Origin: a virus | Taxonomy: Duplodnaviria; Caudoviricetes | Direction: 5' to 3' (one strand) | DNA length: 64,000 bases | Virus record (IMG/VR): IMGVR_UViG_3300017754_004939 | Span: 710-64,709 of that record | Part shown: piece by piece, positions 22,098-31,000 of the stretch | Layout: each line of letters opens with the position of its first letter | Numbering within the stretch: position 1 is the first letter of the stretch | Made by a program: the position numbers and the translations under genes | The notes under the pieces: generated by a model | Databases searched by the model: none | Told to the model about the DNA's origin: nothing | The model's input: only the letters and a program-made list of their open reading frames with translations

Positions 22098-22349
22098 ATG
22101 AAAACTTCACAAACAAACACAGTTAGTAACTCAAACAAGAACGCCTACGAAATCAGACTAGATGTTCTTAACATGGCCAAAGATTTGGAAATGCATAACA
22201 TTTATCTCAGGCAAGAGGAGATTAGAACTAACCACGAAAAGTCTACTGAATTTCTTGAATATCCTGAATCAGTCATGGCAACCGATAAGCTTTTTGACAA
22301 GATTTTAGGTACCGCAAATAAACTTTATTCTTTCATCGAACGAAAGTAG
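22098..22349 (+). CDS. Hypothetical protein
   Basis: ORF with NAYEIRLDVLNMAKD...ANKLYSFIE pattern; start uncertain (22071 or 22098). Confidence 0.65.
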   Translation: MKTSQTNTVSNSNKNAYEIRLDVLNMAKDLEMHNIYLRQEEIRTNHEKSTEFLEYPESVMATDKLFDKILGTANKLYSFIERK

Positions 22350-22386
22350 ATTTCACAGAAGAATAAATATATACTACACTTAGCAC

Positions 22387-22418
22387 AGAGAAGTAGAGGG
22401 GAAGCCTTCTACTTTTCT
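22387..22418 (+). promoter_or_regulatory. 14-bp stem-loop between a TAAATA box and the RNR start
   Basis: AGAGAAGTAGAGGG-GAAG-CCTTCTACTTTTCT pairs fully, with two G-U pairs. Confidence 0.65.
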
Positions 22419-22431
22419 TCATCTAAACTAT

Positions 22432-24555
22432 ATGGCAACTACAACTGAAAATAAACCTGTAAACGGGCTTGAAGAGATCGCTCGTTTTGTTTTTACTACC
22501 AAATACGCTCGTTATAACGAGAAGAATAAGAGACGCGAAACTTGGGATGAGACTATTGGTCGCGTCGAATCAATGCACCTACAAAAGTTCAAGCATTTGT
22601 CTGCTGAGGATAAGAAGCAGATTTCTGAGGCCTTTGACTTTGTTCGTGCCAAGAAGGTTGTCCCATCTATGCGCTCTATGCAATTTGGTGGCAAGGCTGT
22701 TTTCGCTCACAATGCACGTCTTTTTAACTGTGCGGTTCGTCACGTAGACTCAGTGAGAAGCTTTTCTGAGATCTTTTACCTACTTCTGTGTGGTTGTGGT
22801 GTTGGAATTGGTCTCTCCAAGACGTTCTTGGACCGTCTTCCTGACCTAGTTACTGCTGCAGATAAGACTGGAACGGTTGTTACTTATACTGTTCAGGATA
22901 CTATTGAGGGTTGGGCTGATTCTGTCGAGGTTCTGCTCAATTGTTATACACGTAACAATGCTTTGTCTGGCCGTAAGATCGTGTTTGACTACAGCAAGAT
23001 TCGCCCAGAGGGTGCAAAGATCAAGACTGGTGGTGGCAAGGCACCTGGTTATAGAGGTCTCAAGGCTGCTCACAAGAAGATCAAGGACTTCTTGGATCAC
23101 TTGATTGAGAAGCAAGAGCGTGCTCGTCTTCGCTCTGTCGATGCTTATGATATCTTGATGCATTGTTCCGATGCAGTATTGTCTGGTGGTATTCGTCGTT
23201 CTGCTACTTCTGTTATCTTCATGAAGGATGACGAAGACATGCTTAATGCTAAGACTAACTTTGCAATTACTAAGCATACTAAGTTCCATAAAGAAGATAA
23301 TGGTCAATATTCTGGTAAGGTTACTGTTAACAAGAAGGATTATGAGGTTACTGTTTCTGAGTGGGAATATCAGAATACTATTTGTAAGGATATGATGATT
23401 GGTTGGCATCATATTGAGCCTCAGCGCGCTCGTTCCAATAACAGTATTCTTCTTTTGCGTAATCAGACTACCTTGGAAGACTTCCGTAAGATCATTGAGC
23501 GTACCCGCCAGTATGGGGAACCTGGGTTCGTGTTTGCAGATCATCCTCAGCAGTTGTTGAATCCTTGCTTTGAGATCTCATTCATCCCTGTAACTGAAGA
23601 TGGTGTTTGTGGTGTTCAATTCTGTAACTTGACTTCTATTAATGGAGCCAAAGTTAAGACTAAGCAGGATTTCATTGAGGCCACTAAGGCTGCTTCTTTG
23701 ATTGGTACATTGCAGGCTGCATATACTGACTTTAAGTATCTCAGCAATGCTGCTAAGAAGCTTACTGATGATGAGGCCCTTCTGGGTGTTTCTATTACTG
23801 GTATGATGGATAACCCTAGTGTGTTGCTTGATGCAAACTGTCAGAACTTGGCTAGTGCCGCTGCCGTAGAGACCAATCGTGTTTGGGCTGAGAAGATTGG
23901 TATCAAGCAGGCTGCTCGTGTTACTTGTATCAAGCCTGAAGGAACCTCTAGCCTTGTGTTAGAGTCTGCTTCTGGTATTCACCCTCACCATTCTCGCAAG
24001 TACTTCCGTAGAGTTCAGATGAACAAGATTGATAACGTTTATCAGTTCTTCAAGATGTATAACGAACATATGTGTGAGCCTAGCGTTTGGTCAGCTAATA
24101 AGACTGACGATGTTGTTTGCTTCCCAATTGAGGTTTCACCTGAAGCTATTGTTAAGAGTGATTTGACAGCCAAGCAACACTTGGAGTATATCAAGTCTAC
24201 TCAGACAAACTGGGTGATCCCTGGTACTAATGATTATACCAAGCCTATTCATCACAACGTTAGCTGTACTGTTACCGTTAAGGAAGAAGAATGGGACTTT
24301 GTGACCAAGTACTTGTTTGATAATCGCCAGTTCTTCTGTGCTGTGTCCTTGTTGCCTGACTTTGGTGATAAGCTCTATGCTCAGGCACCTAACGAGTCAG
24401 TTTCTACTGAGGCTGATGTGCAGAAGTATAATGCAATTGTAAAGGATATGGTCAATGTTGACTATACCAAGCTCAAAGAAGAAGAGGATGAGACTGCTGT
24501 TCAGGCTACTGTTGCTTGTGCTGGCAATGCCTGTGAGTTCGTCTTTAACTCTTAA
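22432..24555 (+). CDS. nrdJ: Class II (adenosylcobalamin-dependent) ribonucleotide reductase, monomeric RTPR-type
   Basis: PSMRSMQFGG, FNCA, GCGVG, GGIRRSA, NPCFEI, QFCNL, CIKPEGTSS and C-terminal VACAGNACE; no ATP cone. Confidence 0.92.
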   Translation: MATTTENKPVNGLEEIARFVFTTKYARYNEKNKRRETWDETIGRVESMHLQKFKHLSAEDKKQISEAFDFVRAKKVVPSMRSMQFGGKAVFAHNARLFNCAVRHVDSVRSFSEIFYLLLCGCGVGIGLSKTFLDRLPDLVTAADKTGTVVTYTVQDTIEGWADSVEVLLNCYTRNNALSGRKIVFDYSKIRPEGAKIKTGGGKAPGYRGLKAAHKKIKDFLDHLIEKQERARLRSVDAYDILMHCSDAVLSGGIRRSATSVIFMKDDEDMLNAKTNFAITKHTKFHKEDNGQYSGKVTVNKKDYEVTVSEWEYQNTICKDMMIGWHHIEPQRARSNNSILLLRNQTTLEDFRKIIERTRQYGEPGFVFADHPQQLLNPCFEISFIPVTEDGVCGVQFCNLTSINGAKVKTKQDFIEATKAASLIGTLQAAYTDFKYLSNAAKKLTDDEALLGVSITGMMDNPSVLLDANCQNLASAAAVETNRVWAEKIGIKQAARVTCIKPEGTSSLVLESASGIHPHHSRKYFRRVQMNKIDNVYQFFKMYNEHMCEPSVWSANKTDDVVCFPIEVSPEAIVKSDLTAKQHLEYIKSTQTNWVIPGTNDYTKPIHHNVSCTVTVKEEEWDFVTKYLFDNRQFFCAVSLLPDFGDKLYAQAPNESVSTEADVQKYNAIVKDMVNVDYTKLKEEEDETAVQATVACAGNACEFVFNS

Positions 24556-25061
24556 ACTAATTTAGTTGTAGTTAAGCCGCAAGAGGGTAACGAATAAAAG
24601 TTACCCTCATTTTTTTGTAGATATGTCTCGTAATCATTCATTAAAACAGGGTAATAGAATCTGAAGTCGTTATTATAGTTAGCACCAAAGAACTTGTAGT
24701 TATATTTGGTTTCGTAAAATACTATTTCACTTCTAGTCAATGCATCTTGGAACAAAGGAACTGGATTCTTAACAAGGTTTTCCTTTACATCTATAAACAG
24801 TATTTGCTGTGAGTGGGTTAGAGTATCATCTAAAAAGCTATCGTTTAGCCTTTCATGCAAGTGTATATTTGTCTTTAATCTCATCATTTTAACTGTTTTA
24901 TACACATCTTTGTCTTTAAAAACAAAGTTAAAACAATTGTTTATGCCTAATCTCTTGGCTCGGTAATAAAAAGGAACCACGTGTTCCATATCCATATTAT
25001 CTACCAGTGTAAAAACAAACATATCTAATAAGTAATTACCATTAAAAGTAGGTTTTTTCAA
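24552..25061 (-). CDS. Hypothetical protein
   Basis: 169-aa ORF fills the gap between nrdJ and the collagen gene; start (TTG) uncertain. Confidence 0.55.
   Translation of the reverse strand: MKKPTFNGNYLLDMFVFTLVDNMDMEHVVPFYYRAKRLGINNCFNFVFKDKDVYKTVKMMRLKTNIHLHERLNDSFLDDTLTHSQQILFIDVKENLVKNPVPLFQDALTRSEIVFYETKYNYKFFGANYNNDFRFYYPVLMNDYETYLQKNEGNFYSLPSCGLTTTKLV
24583..24616 (+). terminator. Rho-independent terminator after nrdJ
   Basis: GAGGGTAAC-loop-GTTACCCTC followed by ATTTTTTT; overlaps the 3' end of the convergent ORF. Confidence 0.75.
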
Positions 25062-25078
25062 TAAATATTTTCACTAAT

Positions 25079-28000
25079 ATGGCAGACGTACAAGTAATAC
25101 CAGGAGTAGCGGTAATATCTTTCTCAGGAGTGGCTACTAATACAGTATATCTTTCTTCAAGTGATGCGGGTGTTGCTATTCTAGAAGGGCCAAACGGGCC
25201 AATGTTTACTGCTGATGGTAATACTAACGAGATGACAATTGAAGCAACATTGTCAGCCGTAAACTTTATTATTAATACACCAGATATTGATGCTTCTGGT
25301 CTTGATACTTTAACTGACCCGCTATCTGTTTTAGCACTATCAGCTGGTAAATTTTATGCTACAACAGCTGGTAAAATAGGTGCTCCTGGAACTAGTGGTT
25401 TACCTGGAGCCTCTGGAACCTCTGGTATTTCAGGTATTCCTGGTATTAGCGGTGTACCAGGCATCTCAGGTGTTCCTGGTATTAGTGGTGTTCCTGGTAT
25501 CTCCGGCCCACCTGGTATTAGCGGTGTTCCTGGAGCAAGCGGATTTCCAGGAGCAAGCGGCCTTCCAGGAGCTAGTGGTATACCTGGTATAAGCGGTATT
25601 CCTGGTATTAGTGGTATTCCCGGTATTAGCGGCATCCCTGGTATTTCTGGTGTTCCTGGTATAAGCGGAACTCCTGGAACACCTGGTTTAAGCGGTAAGC
25701 CAGGTGCTTCTGGTTTACCAGGCACTCCTGGTATTAGTGGTATTCCTGGCATTAGTGGTATTCCTGGCATTAGTGGTATTCCTGGCATCTCAGGCACCCC
25801 GGGTACACCTGGTTTGAGCGGAAAGCCTGGGTCAAGTGGGTTACCAGGAGCTAGCGGTCAACCTGGTATCAGCGGCGTTCCAGGTATTAGTGGTACTCCA
25901 GGAACTCCTGGTATTAGCGGCATTCCGGGTATCAGCGGTACTCCTGGTGTTTCTGGATTGAGTGGTAAACCAGGCGCAAGTGGGTTACCTGGGGCAAGTG
26001 GGTTACCTGGTAACCCCGGTATTAGTGGTACTCCTGGTATTAGTGGTACTCCCGGCATTTCTGGAACTCCTGGTATTAGTGGTATTCCAGGTATTAGTGG
26101 AACTCCTGGTTTGTCAGGAGCAAGCGGGTTACCTGGCGCAAGCGGGTTACCTGGCGCAAGCGGGTTACCTGGTACTCCTGGTGTTAGTGGCGTTCCGGGT
26201 ATTAGTGGTATTCCTGGTATTAGTGGCGTTCCCGGCATTAGCGGAACCCCAGGCATTAGCGGAACCCCAGGGTTGTCAGGAGCTAGCGGATTACCTGGAG
26301 CTAGCGGATTACCTGGTGTAAGCGGTGTTCCTGGTATTAGTGGTGTACCAGGCATTAGCGGTATTCCTGGTATTAGCGGCGTTCCTGGCATTAGTGGCAC
26401 TCCAGGCATTAGTGGCACTCCTGGTGTTAGTGGCACTCCTGGTGTTAGTGGTACTCCGGGTGTTAGTGGCGTACCCGGTATATCCGGTATTCCTGGTATT
26501 AGTGGTCAGCCTGGCATTAGTGGTGTGCCTGGCATTAGTGGTGTGCCTGGCATTAGTGGTGCTCCAGGTGCTAGCGGTTTACCAGGTGCTAGCGGTTTAC
26601 CAGGTGCTAGCGGTTTACCTGGTATTAGTGGTGTACCTGGCATTTCAGGTACACCAGGTATAAGCGGAACTCCGGGAATTAGCGGTGTTCCAGGAGCCTC
26701 TGGTTTACCTGGAGCTAGTGGTCTTCCAGGAGCTTCTGGGTTGCCTGGTATTAGTGGTCAGCCTGGCATTAGCGGTGTTCCTGGTATTTCTGGTCAACCT
26801 GGAGTGAGTGGTTTACCTGGAGTGAGTGGTTTACCTGGAGTGAGTGGTTTACCTGGAGTGAGTGGTATTCCAGGAGCCAGCGGTTTACCAGGAGCCAGCG
26901 GTTTACCAGGAGCCAGCGGTTTACCTGGTACTAGTGGCCTTCCAGGTGCAAGAGGTATAGCTGGTGGCGCTACTTACTATTTAAACAACTCAGTTACATC
27001 CTTGTCTGGCTGGAAAGAGTGGAGTACAACTCCAGTACTTTTAGCACAGACAGTTAATACCATTACTTTAAATTCTGGTCAAACAGGAGTTATTCAGTCG
27101 TTTATTACCCCTATAGACGACCCATATTTAACATTTATTACTCCCGGTATTTGGTCGTTTTATTTGCATTGTACAAGAGGGGGTGGTACTAATACTCAAT
27201 TTGATGTTTGGGCTGAAGTTTACCGATACAACACAAACCTTGGGACCCTTACCTTCCTCTTATCAACCGCTCCTGTAGCAATTATCTCAAATACCACCCC
27301 ACAGATGCAGATTTCAGATTCGTTCTTTAATGGTGCCTCTGCATTATTAAATGATCGATTGTACGTTGATATTAAGGCCGCAAATAACAGTGGTGGTACC
27401 CATACTGTAAGTTTGTACTCTGAAGGTTCGCTAAATTATTCCTTCAGTATTACTCCAATTGGCGCAACAGGTAACAGCGGTCTACCAGGCATTAGTGGTA
27501 CACCAGGCGTTAGCGGTGTTCCTGGTATTAGTGGTGTTCCAGGTATTAGTGGTGTTCCAGGCACCAGCGGTATACCGGGTGTTAGTGGCGGTCCTGGTGT
27601 AAGTGGTATCCCTGGTGTTAGCGGCGGTCCTGGTATTAGTGGTGGTCCTGGTATTAGTGGTGCTCCTGGTATTAGTGGTGCTTTAGGCGGTAGCGGTTTA
27701 CCTGGTACACCTGGAGCTCCCGGCTTTAGCGGTTTACCAGGCACAGTGGGTTTATCTGGCGCCCCTGGTACCCCAGGCATTAGTGGTATTCCGGGTACCC
27801 CTGGAACACCAGGTACTCCTGGGTTTAGTGGTTTACCAGGTACAGTAGGTTTATCTGGTGCTCCTGGTACCCCAGGTATTAGTGGTGTTCCAGGTACCCC
27901 TGGAACACCAGGTGCTCCTGGCTTTAGTGGTTTACCAGGTACAGTGGGTTTATCTGGCGCTCCGGGTACTCCAGGCATTAGCGGTGTACCAGGCACACCT

Positions 28001-31000
28001 GGAACCCCAGGTGCTCCTGGCTTTAGTGGTTTACCAGGCACTGTTGGAACACCAGGGGCTCCTGGTACTCCTGGTATTAGTGGTATCCCAGGCACCCCTG
28101 GTACACCAGGCGCTCCTGGCTTTAGTGGTTTACCAGGTACAGTGGGTTTATCTGGCGCCCCTGGTACTCCTGGTATTAGCGGTGTTCCAGGAACCCCAGG
28201 CGCTCCTGGCGCCCCTGGCTTTAGTGGTTTACCAGGCACAGTTGGAACACCAGGTGCTCCAGGCACTCCTGGTATTAGCGGTATCCCAGGTATAAGTGGA
28301 ACCCCAGGTACACCAGGTGCTCCTGGCTTTAGTGGTTTACCGGGCACAGTAGGTTTATCTGGCGCTCCTGGAACACCAGGCATTAGTGGTATCCCAGGTA
28401 TAAGTGGTATCCCAGGTACACCTGGAACATCTGGAACTCCTGGCTTTAGTGGTTTACCGGGTACTGTTGGGACTCCTGGCGCTCCTGGTACCCCAGGCAT
28501 TAGTGGTATCCCAGGCACCTCTGGTACACCTGGTACACCAGGCGCTCCTGGCTTTAGTGGTTTACCAGGCACAGTTGGAACACCAGGTGCTCCTGGTACT
28601 CCTGGAGTTCCTGGTATTAGTGGTATTCCGGGTACCCCTGGAACACCAGGTGCTCCTGGGTTTAGTGGTTTACCTGGTACTGTTGGTACTCCTGGTGCTC
28701 CTGGTGCTCCTGGTATTAGTGGTATCCCAGGCACTTCTGGTACCCCTGGTACCCCTGGTACCCCTGGCGCGCCCGGCTTTAGTGGTTTACCAGGCACAGT
28801 AGGATTATCTGGTGCTCCTGGTACCCCAGGTATTAGCGGTGTACCAGGCACTCCTGGTACATCTGGCACTCCTGGCTTTAGTGGTTTACCAGGTACAGTA
28901 GGTTTATCTGGTGCTCCTGGTACCCCAGGTATTAGCGGTGTACCAGGCACTCCTGGCTTACCAGGTACAGTAGGCACACCTGGTGCTCCAGGAACGCCTG
29001 GTATTAGTGGTAAACCTGGTACAGTTGGAACCCCAGGTTTGCCTGGTACAGTAGGTATTTCTGGTACTCCAGGTATCAGCGGTATGCCTGGTAAAGATGG
29101 TGGGCAATTAACTGCTAGTAATTATGTAGCTCAAGGTAAATTAGCTGCAGATCAAACTATTACAAGTGGTTCTGATAACACAATTCAGTTCATAGATGAT
29201 TTTGACCCACAAAATTGGTGGGATGCTAGTACATATAGATTCACACCAACTGTTGAAGGTTACTATACTATTGCAGTTGGAGCATGGTTTTCTGACCCTG
29301 GCTCAACATCCAGTCAAATGAACTTACAAGGCAGAAAAAATGGTAATACATTTGCTTTAACTCAAGAGCCAAACAACTCTTCTGGAACAGGTCAAGGGCT
29401 TGGTTTTACAAAAATAGTTTTTTTCAACGGCTCTACAGATTACGCTGACTTTACAGTATATCAAAGTTCTGGTGTTAGTAGAACTCTTCAGCAAGGTACC
29501 TCTGGTTCTGGTACATGGTTTTCTGCTTCCTTAATTGTAGGTGGTACCGCTTCTGGTTTACCTGGTTTAAGTGGTACTCCTGGTATTAGCGGCATTCCCG
29601 GCACACCAGGGGCTCCTGGTACTCCTGGTACTCCTGGTTTACCTGGTATTGGTATTTCTGGTAAACCTGGTGCAGTTGGAACACCAGGTTTACCAGGTAC
29701 AGTTGGAACTCCAGGGTTGCCAGGCACACCTGGATTACCCGGTACAATTGGTACTCCTGGTGCTCCTGGTCATTCTGGATTGCCAGGGTTGCCTGGTACA
29801 ATAGGTACTCCAGGTACAAGTGGTTTACCTGGTATAAGCGGAACTCCCGGAACTCCCGGAACACCAGGTACACCTGGCGTAATAGGTACACCAGGTGCGC
29901 CAGGCGCAGTTGGTACCCCTGGTGCGCCTGGACACTCCGGTCTTCCTGGTCTTCCTGGAACAGTTGGAACTCCAGGTACTCCTGGTACTCCTGGTACAAG
30001 TGGTTTACCTGGTATAAGCGGTACACCAGGAACTCCTGGAACTCCAGGCACACCAGGTATTTCAGGTAAGCCTGGTACTGTTGGTACTCCAGGATTACCA
30101 GGTACAGTAGGTACACCTGGATTACCAGGTCACTCCGGTTTACCAGGAGCAGTTGGTACACCTGGAACAGTAGGTTTATCTGGCGCCCCAGGTACCCCTG
30201 GTATTAGTGGTATACCTGGTACTCCAGGCGCTCCAGGTACGGTTGGTACACCTGGAACTCCAGGCACTCCGGGTCATTCAGGTCTTCCTGGCACACCTGG
30301 TACACCTGGTGCTGTTGGAACTCCAGGCGCTCCTGGTACTCCTGGTATTTCAGGAAAACCGGGTACTGTTGGTACTCCAGGATTACCTGGTACAGTAGGA
30401 ACTCCAGGACTACCAGGTCACTCAGGACTACCAGGTACTGTTGGTACTCCAGGCACTCCTGGGGCTGTAGGTACCCCTGGTGCTCCAGGTACTCCTGGTG
30501 CTGTAGGCACTCCTGGTACACCAGGCACTCCTGGTATATCCGGTAAACCTGGTACAGTTGGAACTCCAGGTTTACCTGGTACAGTTGGTACACCAGGTCT
30601 TCCAGGTCACTCTGGTTTACCTGGTACAGTTGGTACACCTGGAACTCCTGGTACTCCTGGTTTATCTGGAGCTCCTGGTACTCCTGGTGCTGTAGGAACA
30701 CCTGGTACTCCTGGTATATCCGGTAAACCAGGCACTGTTGGAACTCCAGGACTACCAGGTACTGTCGGTACTCCTGGTCTGCCAGGACATTCTGGTTTAC
30801 CTGGTACAGTTGGTACACCTGGTACTCCAGGTACACCTGGTAGTCCAGGACTACCAGGACATTCAGGCCTTCCTGGTACTCCTGGTACAGTTGGTACACC
30901 TGGAACCCCCGGTACACCTGGCGCTGTTGGTACTCCTGGCACTCCTGGTATTTCTGGTAAACCTGGTACAGCGGGGTTATCTGGGGCTCCTGGTACACCT

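Noticed and set aside
22432-24555. Intein or intron in nrdJ (insertion near HTKFHKEDNG)
   Set aside because: Short insertion without Cys/Ser start, His-Asn end or LAGLIDADG motif; frame continuous.
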